Below are positions 8,285 to 17,139 of a stretch of 64,000 nucleotides of DNA, piece after piece (position 1 is the first letter of the stretch; each line of letters opens with the position of its first letter). Source of the stretch: Nitrospinales bacterium (GTDB lineage Bacteria > Nitrospinota > Nitrospinia > Nitrospinales > VA-1); contig CBDCWG010000001.1 of NCBI GenBank assembly GCA_965223345.1, forward strand, positions 216,751 to 280,750, read 5' to 3'. Position numbers and translations under genes: made by a program. The notes below the pieces were generated by a model that saw nothing but the letters and a program-made list of their open reading frames with translations, had not been told where the DNA came from and did not search any database.

Positions 8285-9043
8285 ATGTCGGTTCTGGAAG
8301 ATAAATTCTCGAAAAAATTTGAAGAAGCCGCCTCGAAGCCCAAGAATCGGGGCGCCTATTATCAGGACGACGCCACCGAAAAGGGCATGGCCCTCGTGGA
8401 AGCCAAGCACAAAGACATGAAACTGTACTGGCTGGTCAATCCCGAGGACGACCGCATTTTCAGCGCCAAATTCTTCGCCTATGGCGGCAAAGTGTCTGTG
8501 GCCATTGTCGAAACGCTGTGCAACATGGTCAAGGGGCTGACTCTGGAAGAGGCCTGTTCGCTCCTGGGTTCGGATGTGGAAAACCAGCTGCGCGACGCGC
8601 CGGACGAGCCGGCGGTGCCCGAATCGAAACAGGCCGCCTTCGGCGCGGTCGAGGCCCTGCTCAAGACCGTGCGCGAGCAGTACGAAAACGCCAAGGCGAT
8701 GGCCGCGGCCACAACCGCCGCCAAAGCCGCCACCGAGAAGGACGGCCCGCCCAAACGCTCCACCGCCGAGCTTTCCATGGCGGAGCAGGCCTGGCTGGGG
8801 CTCAGTGAAGCGGAGCAGAAGGAGCAGATCAATCTGGTGCTCGACGACAAGGTGCGTCCGGCGCTGATGGCCGACGGCGGTAACATCGAGGTGTTGAGCG
8901 TCACCAATGGTGAAAAAGTGAGCGTCCAGTATCAGGGTGCCTGCGGAAGCTGCGGGTCCTCGCTCGGCGCGACGCTTTCATTCATAGAACAGACCCTGAG
9001 GCGGGAAATTTACAACGATCTCATGGTCGTGCCCAATATGTAG
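8285..9043 (+). CDS. NifU-like protein: degenerate IscU-like N-terminal domain plus C-terminal Nfu (CxxC) domain
   Basis: AKFFAYGG...VKGLTLEEA resembles IscU; VRPALMADGGNIE...YQGACGSC is an Nfu domain. Confidence 0.85.
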   Translation: MSVLEDKFSKKFEEAASKPKNRGAYYQDDATEKGMALVEAKHKDMKLYWLVNPEDDRIFSAKFFAYGGKVSVAIVETLCNMVKGLTLEEACSLLGSDVENQLRDAPDEPAVPESKQAAFGAVEALLKTVREQYENAKAMAAATTAAKAATEKDGPPKRSTAELSMAEQAWLGLSEAEQKEQINLVLDDKVRPALMADGGNIEVLSVTNGEKVSVQYQGACGSCGSSLGATLSFIEQTLRREIYNDLMVVPNM

Positions 9044-9073
9044 CCACGGTTCCTTTTAAAGGAGTGTGAATAA

Positions 9074-10525
9074 ATGGCAGCCAAGGAAAATTCAGTCAAC
9101 GAGGTTTTGGAAGACAAGACCTACAAATACGGATTCCAGACTCTCATCGAGTCGGAGACCTTCGCCAAGGGCCTCAACGAGGACGTGGTGCGGGCCATCT
9201 CCAAAAAGAAGAAAGAGCCCCAGTTCATGCTGGACTTTCGGCTCAAGGCCTACAGGAAATGGCTCACCATGAAAGAGCCGACCTGGCCCAACGTGCATTA
9301 CCCGCCCATCGACTATCAGGACATTTCCTACTACTCGGCGCCCAAGCCGAAAAAGAAGCTGGAAAGCCTCGATGAAGTCGATCCCGAACTGCTGCGCACC
9401 TTCGAGAAACTCGGCATCCCGCTGGATGAGCAGAAAAAGCTCGCCAACGTGGCGGTCGATGCGGTGTTCGACAGCGTCAGCGTCGCCACCACGCACAAGA
9501 AAAAGCTGATGGAGGTGGGCGTCATTTTTTGTCCCATCTCCGAGGCGATCCAGGAGTACCCGGAACTGGTGGAGGAATACATGGGATCCGTGGTCCCGGT
9601 GGGCGACAATTTTTACGCCGCGCTCAACAGCGCCGTGTTCACCGACGGCTCGTTCGTCTACATTCCGCCCGACACCGTCTGTCCGATGGAGCTGTCCACT
9701 TATTTCCGCATCAACACCGAGGAGACCGGGCAGTTCGAGCGCACGCTCATCATCTGCGCCGAGAACAGCTACGTGTCGTATCTGGAAGGCTGTACCGCGC
9801 CGCAGTTCGACACCAACCAGCTGCACGCCGCGGTGGTCGAGCTGGTGACCATGGACAACGCCGAGATCAAGTACAGCACCGTGCAGAACTGGTACGCCGG
9901 CGACAAGGAAACCGGCAAGGGCGGCATCTACAATTTCGTGACCAAGCGCGGCAAGTGCCAGGGCGAAAAATCCAAGATTTCCTGGACCCAGGTCGAGACC
10001 GGCTCCGCCATCACCTGGAAATACCCGAGCTGCATCCTGCAGGGCGACGACTCCGTCGGCGAGTTCTATTCTGTCGCGCTCACCAACGGCCACATGCAGG
10101 CGGACACCGGCACGAAAATGATCCACATCGGCAAGAACACCCGTTCCAGCATCATCTCGAAGGGGATCTCCGCCGACCACTCCTCCAACAGCTACCGCGG
10201 ACAGGTGAAGGTCAACAAGAACGCCACCAACGCGCGCAACTACAGCCAGTGCGACAGCATGCTGGTGGGGGACCAGTGCAGCGCCCACACGTTTCCTTAT
10301 ATAGAATCCGGAAACAGTTCCGTGCAGATCGAGCACGAGGCGTCCACCTCCAAGATCAGCGAGGAACAGCTGTTCTATTTCGAACAGCGTGGCATCTCCC
10401 GGGAAAACGCCATCACCGCTGTGATCAACGGTTTCTGCAAAGAGGTGTTCAAGCAGCTGCCGATGGAATTCGCCGTGGAAGCGCAGAAGCTGTTGACCCT
10501 CAAACTCGAGGACAGCGTCGGTTAA
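9074..10525 (+). CDS. sufB: Fe-S assembly scaffold SufB
   Basis: [40 protein letters not shown]. Confidence 0.97.
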   Translation: MAAKENSVNEVLEDKTYKYGFQTLIESETFAKGLNEDVVRAISKKKKEPQFMLDFRLKAYRKWLTMKEPTWPNVHYPPIDYQDISYYSAPKPKKKLESLDEVDPELLRTFEKLGIPLDEQKKLANVAVDAVFDSVSVATTHKKKLMEVGVIFCPISEAIQEYPELVEEYMGSVVPVGDNFYAALNSAVFTDGSFVYIPPDTVCPMELSTYFRINTEETGQFERTLIICAENSYVSYLEGCTAPQFDTNQLHAAVVELVTMDNAEIKYSTVQNWYAGDKETGKGGIYNFVTKRGKCQGEKSKISWTQVETGSAITWKYPSCILQGDDSVGEFYSVALTNGHMQADTGTKMIHIGKNTRSSIISKGISADHSSNSYRGQVKVNKNATNARNYSQCDSMLVGDQCSAHTFPYIESGNSSVQIEHEASTSKISEEQLFYFEQRGISRENAITAVINGFCKEVFKQLPMEFAVEAQKLLTLKLEDSVG

Positions 10526-10590
10526 CGGCAAGGCGGCATTGCGGACGATTACAGAATTGACCATCCATATTCAACAGAGGAAACGTATCG

Positions 10591-11337
10591 ATGCTTGAGA
10601 TCAAGGATCTGCATGCCGGTTTTGACGGCATTGAAATCATAAAGGGGGTCTCCCTCAAGATCAACAAAGGCGAGGTGCACGCCATCATGGGGCCCAACGG
10701 CTCCGGCAAGAGCACGCTCTCCAAGGTGCTGGCGGGCCACCCGTCCTATGAGGTGACGGCCGGCGAGCTGATTTTCGACGGCCAGGACCTGAAGGAGATG
10801 GACCCGGAGCAACGGGCACTGGCGGGAATCTTCATGGGCTTTCAGTATCCCGTCGAGATCCCCGGCGTCAACAACGCCGAGTTTTTGCGCATGGCGCACA
10901 ACGCCCGGCTCGTCGCCGAGGGCAAGGAGGAGATCGATCCTCTGGATTTCGATGAAATTCTCAGCGAGAAGATGGGGATGCTCGGCATGGAGCAGAAATA
11001 CAAGGACCGCAGCCTCAACGACGGTTTTTCCGGTGGCGAGAAAAAGAAAAACGAAATCTTGCAGATGGCGGTGATCAATCCCAAGCTCGCCATTCTCGAT
11101 GAGACCGACTCCGGCCTCGACATCGATGCGCTGCGCGTCGTCGCCAGCGGGGTGAACAAGCTCCGGACCGCGGACAACGCCCTGATCCTCATCACCCACT
11201 ACCAGAGACTGCTCGAGTACATCCAGCCCGATTTCGTGCACGTGATCAGCCAGGGCAAGATCGTCAAGTCCGGCCAGAAGGAACTCGCTCTCGAGCTGGA
11301 GGCCCAGGGTTACGACTGGCTCGCCACCAAAGTTTGA
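10591..11337 (+). CDS. sufC: Fe-S assembly ATPase SufC
   Basis: GPNGSGKST, GFSGGEKK, LDETDSGLDIDA. Confidence 0.97.
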   Translation: MLEIKDLHAGFDGIEIIKGVSLKINKGEVHAIMGPNGSGKSTLSKVLAGHPSYEVTAGELIFDGQDLKEMDPEQRALAGIFMGFQYPVEIPGVNNAEFLRMAHNARLVAEGKEEIDPLDFDEILSEKMGMLGMEQKYKDRSLNDGFSGGEKKKNEILQMAVINPKLAILDETDSGLDIDALRVVASGVNKLRTADNALILITHYQRLLEYIQPDFVHVISQGKIVKSGQKELALELEAQGYDWLATKV

Positions 11338-11346
11338 GGAGACGCC

Positions 11347-12657
11347 ATGACGACCGCCGCCACCGAAGACACCGCCGAATCGATCCTGATCCGGCGTCAC
11401 CAGCAGTTTTTAAGCGAGAACGAGGCGTCCGACGCCCTCGCGCCGTTCCAACGCGCCGCCATCGGCCGCTTCGAGACCCTCGGGTTCCCCGGCCGCAAGC
11501 ACGAGATGTATACCTTCGTCAACACGAAGGAACTTGTGGCCACGCCCTTTGCCGCTCCCGATCAAACTTCCGTACCCGAAGAGCGCATCCAATCCAGCGT
11601 GTATCCCGGCTGCGAGAAGAGCCATCTCGTTTTCGTGGACGGCGTCCTGCGCGGCGATCTTTCCGATCTGACCGACCTCGGGGATGTGCTCGCGATCAAG
11701 ACGCTCGCCGAAGCGGTGTCCGATCCTGAGATCAAGCAGCACCTGACAGAAACCATCGAAAACGAAAACGACGTCTTCGCCTCCATCAACAGCGCCTTCA
11801 TGAACAGCGGTTCCCTGCTGGAGATTCCGCAAAAGACGAAGATCCCGACGCCGCTGCAGATTCTCTACGTGTCTACCGGGGGAAACTCGCAAAACGTCAC
11901 CAGCCATCCCAGGGTGCTTCTCAAACTGGGCTGCCAGTCCGAACTGGATCTGATCGTCCGCTACGTGGGTGTGGACGGCGGTTATTTCGTCAACGCGGTG
12001 CAGGACATCTTCGTCGCCGAGGATGCGGGCATCCGCTACACGCAGGTGCAGCAGGACGATACAGATTCCTGGCATTGTTCCAAGACCCGCATCCGGCTTG
12101 CGCGCAACAGCCGCTTGCACGCGGCCAACGCGTCGTATGGAAACCGGCTGACCCGCCAGCACCTGGAAGCGCATCTCACCGAACCCGGCTCGGAATTGCG
12201 GTGGAACGCCGTCAGCGTTTTGACCGATGAAGAGCAGGTGCACCACTTCGTGCGCATCCACCACGAGTCGCCGCACGGGGTCAGCCACCAGCATTTCAAG
12301 AACATCGTCAACGACAAGAGCCGCTCCAGCGTGGACGGCACCGTCGTGGTGGACCCGGGAGCGCAGCTCACCAGCTCCGACCAGCTGATCAACAACCTCA
12401 TGCTTTCGGACACCTCGCACGCCGACAACAAACCGAACCTGATGATCTTCGCCGACGATGTGAAGTGCACACACGGCGCCACCATCGGCCAGATCGACGA
12501 GGAACAGCTTTTCTACCTGAAGACGCGCGGACTTTCACAGAAGACCGCGAAAGAGCTTTTGACCAAAAGTTTCGCCGAGAGCATCATCGAGACCGTCGAA
12601 TTTCCCGGAGTGCGAACGGATCTCGAAAACACCTTACTCAAGAAACTGGAGAACTGA
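11347..12657 (+). CDS. sufD: Fe-S assembly protein SufD
   Basis: KPNLMIFADDVKCTHGATIG, FYLKTRG; position in the operon. Confidence 0.95.
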   Translation: MTTAATEDTAESILIRRHQQFLSENEASDALAPFQRAAIGRFETLGFPGRKHEMYTFVNTKELVATPFAAPDQTSVPEERIQSSVYPGCEKSHLVFVDGVLRGDLSDLTDLGDVLAIKTLAEAVSDPEIKQHLTETIENENDVFASINSAFMNSGSLLEIPQKTKIPTPLQILYVSTGGNSQNVTSHPRVLLKLGCQSELDLIVRYVGVDGGYFVNAVQDIFVAEDAGIRYTQVQQDDTDSWHCSKTRIRLARNSRLHAANASYGNRLTRQHLEAHLTEPGSELRWNAVSVLTDEEQVHHFVRIHHESPHGVSHQHFKNIVNDKSRSSVDGTVVVDPGAQLTSSDQLINNLMLSDTSHADNKPNLMIFADDVKCTHGATIGQIDEEQLFYLKTRGLSQKTAKELLTKSFAESIIETVEFPGVRTDLENTLLKKLEN

Positions 12658-12658
12658 A

Positions 12659-13912
12659 ATGCCGGACCCAGACACCGCCCTGGCTGAAAAAACCACGCTC
12701 GACGTGGACAAGATCCGCCAGGAGTTTCCCATACTGTCGCAAACGGTGAACGGCAAGCCGCTGATCTATCTCGATAACGGCGCCACCACCCAGAAACCCC
12801 GCTCGGTGATCGAGCGCGTGCGCAAATTCGACGCCGAGGAATACGGCACCGTGCGCCGGGGCGCGTACAAACTCAGCGAGCGTGCCACCCAGTTGTATGA
12901 AGAAGCGCGCCAGAAAGTGGCGGACCTGTTCCACACGCCCGACCGCAAGGAGATCGTGTTCACCAGCGGCACCACGCAGTCGATCAATCTCGTCGCGCAC
13001 AGTTTCGGCAAGCGGTTCATCAAAGAGGGCGACGAGATCATCATCTCCAACATCGAACACCACGCCAACACCGTGCCCTGGCAGGTGCTGTGCGAAGAGC
13101 GCGGCGCGCGCCTCAAGGTGATTCCGGTGGACGACCGCGGCGAGCTGATCCTGGAGGAATACGAGCGGCTGCTCAACGAAAAGACCCGCATGGTCGCGGT
13201 GAACCACGTGTCGAACGCGCTCGGCACCATCAATCCCGTCAAGAAGGTCACCGATCTGGCGCACGCCGCCGGCGCGAAAGTGCTGATCGACGGCGCCCAG
13301 AGCACGCCGCACATGAAGATCGACGTGCAGGACATCGGCTGCGATTTTTATACCTTCTCCGGCCACAAGATGTACGCCCCCAGCGGCATCGGCGGCGTGT
13401 ACGGCAAAATGGAACTGTGGGAAACCATGGGGCCCTACGTGACCGGCGGCGACATGATCATGCAGGTGACGCTGGAAAAGACCACCTACGCGAAACCGCC
13501 GGCGCGTTTCGAAGCCGGGACGCCGCCCATCTCGCAGGTGATCGGCCTGGGCGCCGCCATCGATTTCATCACCGAAATCGGTCTGGATAACATCTTCGAG
13601 TACGAAAAAAGCCTGCTCGATCACGGCACCAAGCTGCTCAAGGAGATCGACGGGCTGAGGATCATCGGCGACGCCAGGGAAAAAGCCGCGCTCATCTCGT
13701 TTGTGCTCGATGCGGCGCACCCGCACGATGTGGGAACGCTGCTCGACCAGGACGGCATCGCCGTGCGCGGCGGCCACCATTGCGCCCAGCCGACCATGAT
13801 CCGTTTCGGCGTTCCCGCCACCACCCGCGCCTCCATGGCTTTCTACAACAAGCCGGAGGAGCTGGATGCGCTGGCCGAGAGCGTCCGCAAAGTGATCAAG
13901 CTGTTTTCCTGA
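12659..13912 (+). CDS. sufS: Cysteine desulfurase SufS
   Basis: YLDNGATTQKP, FSGHKMY (PLP Lys), RGGHHCAQP (group II catalytic Cys). Confidence 0.97.
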   Translation: MPDPDTALAEKTTLDVDKIRQEFPILSQTVNGKPLIYLDNGATTQKPRSVIERVRKFDAEEYGTVRRGAYKLSERATQLYEEARQKVADLFHTPDRKEIVFTSGTTQSINLVAHSFGKRFIKEGDEIIISNIEHHANTVPWQVLCEERGARLKVIPVDDRGELILEEYERLLNEKTRMVAVNHVSNALGTINPVKKVTDLAHAAGAKVLIDGAQSTPHMKIDVQDIGCDFYTFSGHKMYAPSGIGGVYGKMELWETMGPYVTGGDMIMQVTLEKTTYAKPPARFEAGTPPISQVIGLGAAIDFITEIGLDNIFEYEKSLLDHGTKLLKEIDGLRIIGDAREKAALISFVLDAAHPHDVGTLLDQDGIAVRGGHHCAQPTMIRFGVPATTRASMAFYNKPEELDALAESVRKVIKLFS

Positions 13913-13998
13913 CTCCTCCCCGGAGGGGGGATGCGTGCGGCTGCACGAGTGAGTGGGCGACGATTTTTTGAGACGGTTTATTGAAAGGTGAGTTTGCG

Positions 13999-14457
13999 AT
14001 GTCTTACGACAACGAGCTGTATCAGCAGGTGATTCTGGACCACAACCGCAATCCCCGGAATTTCCGCGAAATCAAAAACGCCACGCACCACTGTCACGGC
14101 ATCAACCCGTTGTGCGGCGACGACATCCACGTGTATCTGGACGTCGATCCCGAAAGTGATGAGATCAAGGACATCAGTTTCGTCGGCAGCGGCTGCGCCA
14201 TCTCCAAAGCCAGCACCTCGCTCATGACCGCGTTTCTCAAAGGCAAAAAGGTGGACGAGGCGCGCGTCGTGTTCGGCGAGTTTCACAAAATGGTGCTCGG
14301 CGAACTGGAGCCGGACAAAGAAGAAAACCACCTCGGAAAACTGAAACTGTTCGTCGGCATCCGCGAATATCCCTCGCGCACCAAATGCGCTTCTCTGGCT
14401 TGGCACACGATGGTCGGCGCGCTGGACAAAAAGACCGAGGGCATCAGCACCGAGTGA
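13999..14457 (+). CDS. sufU: SufU-type sulfur-transfer protein
   Basis: NPLCGD, GCAISKAS, RTKCASL; follows sufS. Confidence 0.92.
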   Translation: MSYDNELYQQVILDHNRNPRNFREIKNATHHCHGINPLCGDDIHVYLDVDPESDEIKDISFVGSGCAISKASTSLMTAFLKGKKVDEARVVFGEFHKMVLGELEPDKEENHLGKLKLFVGIREYPSRTKCASLAWHTMVGALDKKTEGISTE

Positions 14458-14574
14458 CCGGCCCGCACACGGGCCGCGCCATACCGTAACCTCTCTCGCA
14501 CGCTTTCATCCCCCTCTAAAAGCAACCCCGTTGCACCGCTTCAAACCGCGCCCGAAAGGGTGTATGATTGTTGT

Positions 14575-15630
14575 ATGAGCGCCACGAAAAACCTGCAAAC
14601 CGAACTGGACCGGGCGACCCGGCCCGGTGAGCTGTTCAGGCGGATTTCCGAGTCGGAACTCGTCTGCACCGCCTGCGGTCATCTGTGCAAACTCAAACCC
14701 GGGCAGCGCGGCGTCTGCAAAGTGCGCTACAACGAGGGCGGTACGCTGCGCGTGCCGTTTCACTACGCCGCCGGCGTGCAGAACGATCCCATCGAAAAAA
14801 AACCGTTCTTCCACGCGCTGCCGGCAAGCCGCGCCCTCAGTTTCGGCATGCTCGGCTGCGATTTCCGCTGTGCGTACTGCCAGAACTGGTTCACCTCGCA
14901 GACCCTGCGCGATGATGCGGCGACGCTGAACTTCGAGAGCATCACCGCAGGCGAGCTGTGCGACCTCGCCGAGCGCGAAGGATCGAAGACCCTCGTTTCC
15001 ACCTACAACGAGCCGTTGATCACCAGCGAATGGGCGGTGGAGGTGTTTCAGGAAGCGAAGCGGCGCGGCCTCAAGACCGCCTACGTGTCCAACGGCCACG
15101 GCACGCCGGAGGTGCTGGAATACATCCGGCCCTGGGTGGATTTTTACAAGATCGACCTCAAATGCTTTTCCGCGCCGAATTACCGGAGGTTGGGAGGCAA
15201 CCTGTCCGCGGTGCTGGACACCATCCGCACCGTCCACGCGATGGGCATGTGGCTGGAGATCGTGACGCTGGTGATTCCCGCTTACAACGACTCCGATGCC
15301 GAACTGGCCGAAATCGCCGAATTCATCGCTTCGGTTTCCAAAGACATCCCCTGGCATGTGACGGCCTTTCACCCCGACTACAAGATGACCGACCGCGGCC
15401 GCACCCCGGCCGAGACCCTGTTGCGGGCGCAGGAGATGGGAAAGCAGGCGGGGTTGCAGTTCGTCTATCTGGGCAATCTTCCCGGCCAGCTCGAAGGCAG
15501 TGAGGACACCCGCTGCCCCGGTTGCGGCGACACGCTCATCGCGCGCCGCGGATTTCACGTGCTCGCCGATCGCTTGCGGCAGGGGGCCTGTCCCGCCTGC
15601 GGCGAAGCCATCCCCGGCCGCTGGCTGTGA
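14575..15630 (+). CDS. amrS: AmmeMemoRadiSam-type radical SAM enzyme
   Basis: N-terminal CxxCxxxC...C, DPIEKKPFFH, GCDFRCAYCQN, TYNEP, FHPDYKM, C-terminal CPxC...CPxC. Confidence 0.9.
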   Translation: MSATKNLQTELDRATRPGELFRRISESELVCTACGHLCKLKPGQRGVCKVRYNEGGTLRVPFHYAAGVQNDPIEKKPFFHALPASRALSFGMLGCDFRCAYCQNWFTSQTLRDDAATLNFESITAGELCDLAEREGSKTLVSTYNEPLITSEWAVEVFQEAKRRGLKTAYVSNGHGTPEVLEYIRPWVDFYKIDLKCFSAPNYRRLGGNLSAVLDTIRTVHAMGMWLEIVTLVIPAYNDSDAELAEIAEFIASVSKDIPWHVTAFHPDYKMTDRGRTPAETLLRAQEMGKQAGLQFVYLGNLPGQLEGSEDTRCPGCGDTLIARRGFHVLADRLRQGACPACGEAIPGRWL

Positions 15631-15646
15631 AATGCCAGGGAGGCCA

Positions 15647-16321
15647 ATGAAGCGCATTCACCCGATGGGTTGCCGGTTTGTTTGCGCGTGGCTGTTGGCG
15701 TTTTCCGTCGTGCTGGGTTCGGCAGCCGTCATCCAGGCCGCGGCCGCAAAAAACAAGCCGCCGCAGGCAGCCGGTGAAAAAGCCGCCGCCGTCGAGGGGT
15801 TCCGTTCGGCGCGCTTCGGCATGAGCGAAAAGCAGGTCTACAAATCCATCTACAAGGATTTCAAGGTCACCAAAAAGAACGTCGTGCGGCACCGCCATCC
15901 TCTGGAAAAAACCCTGAGCCTCGAAATCGCGGTGCAGGATCTGTTGCCGGATTCCGGCCCCGCGCGCGTGTTCTACGTGTTCGGCTACCGCTCGAACCGG
16001 CTGATTCAGGTGAACATTCTGTGGGGAAAATCGGCAGGTGCGGTGGCCGAGCCGAAAAGGATCGTGGACACCGCCAATCAACTGAGAAATTATTTTTCGC
16101 AGCAGGGATTTCCGAAAAAGCACCAGGTGGCCAACACGCCCGCGCGGGAAGGGCTGATCATCGTGTTCCGCGCGCGCGACCGGGCGGGCCGCATGGTGCT
16201 GCTGCTGATGACGAACCCCCCGAAGCAGAAGTCCGGGGCCGCGCCGCTTTCCCTCAAGCTGTCCTACATCCAGAAACCGGAACAGCCGGATGTCTTTCAA
16301 ATCAGGAAAGGCCAGTTTTGA
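15647..16321 (+). CDS. Hypothetical exported basic protein
   Basis: Signal-peptide-like N-terminus; GGGAGG RBS; GFRSARFGM motif. Confidence 0.7.
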   Translation: MKRIHPMGCRFVCAWLLAFSVVLGSAAVIQAAAAKNKPPQAAGEKAAAVEGFRSARFGMSEKQVYKSIYKDFKVTKKNVVRHRHPLEKTLSLEIAVQDLLPDSGPARVFYVFGYRSNRLIQVNILWGKSAGAVAEPKRIVDTANQLRNYFSQQGFPKKHQVANTPAREGLIIVFRARDRAGRMVLLLMTNPPKQKSGAAPLSLKLSYIQKPEQPDVFQIRKGQF

Positions 16322-16405
16322 GCGCCGGCCGCCGTTTTCGGTTGCCAGCGCCCGATGGGCATATTAGAATTTTGCATCCCGAATCACACACGACAGGAGC
16401 CAACC

Positions 16406-16876
16406 TTGAAGAACAAAACAGAAGTCGGCAAAGCCCTGGGCCGCGTTCCCAGCGGATTGTTCGTCGTCACTGCGAAATGCGACGACCGTGAGGACGCGGT
16501 CCTCGCAAGCTGGGTCAACCAGAGCTCGTTCGACCCTCCCACCGTATCCATTGCACTGGCGACGCTGCGTCCCGCGCGCCTGCTGGTGGAGGCCTCGAAT
16601 GCATTCATCATCAATGTGCTGGGGAAAGATTCCAACGGCCTGCTGAAGCATTTCAGCAAACCGCCCCAGGACGATCTGTTCAAGGGCCTGAAGACCGTGA
16701 AAGGATATCAGGGCATCCGCGTTTTGAAGGATGCGGTCTCCTGCCTGGAATGCAAGCTGACCGGCTCCATGCCCGCAGGCGATCACGTGCTTTACGTCGG
16801 GGAAATCGTGGGGGGCAAGGTGCTCAAGGGGGGCGATCCCTACATCCACGTTCGCACGAACGGGTTCAACTACTAA
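16406..16876 (+). CDS. Flavin reductase-like protein
   Basis: GLFVVT, ASWVNQSSFDPP, AGDHVLYVGEI; CAGGAG RBS before TTG. Confidence 0.88.
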   Translation: MKNKTEVGKALGRVPSGLFVVTAKCDDREDAVLASWVNQSSFDPPTVSIALATLRPARLLVEASNAFIINVLGKDSNGLLKHFSKPPQDDLFKGLKTVKGYQGIRVLKDAVSCLECKLTGSMPAGDHVLYVGEIVGGKVLKGGDPYIHVRTNGFNY

Positions 16877-17139
16877 CCCCAGCCCAGCATTTTCGGCAGG
16901 TCCGTGCGCGTGAACGCCCAGTAGACCAGAACGACGAGAAACGAGATCACCGAAACGAAGAACACGACGAGCTTGACCAGCCGTTTCGGGTCGGTGTGGT
17001 AGTACTCTTTGACATCCTCGGCGAAACTTTCGATCACCCCTTCGTCGGGGTGTTTTTTGTAGGTCTTGTCGAACGCGTCCCGCCCGTAGATGATCCCGAA
17101 GATGACGGCGATCATCAGGATTTCGATCGCTCCGATCAT
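16873..17139 (-). CDS. 88-aa two-TM membrane protein
   Basis: MIGAIEILMIAVIFGIIYG...LVVFFVSVISFLVVLVYW; ATGA overlap with the upstream stop. Confidence 0.75.
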   Translation of the reverse strand: MIGAIEILMIAVIFGIIYGRDAFDKTYKKHPDEGVIESFAEDVKEYYHTDPKRLVKLVVFFVSVISFLVVLVYWAFTRTDLPKMLGWG

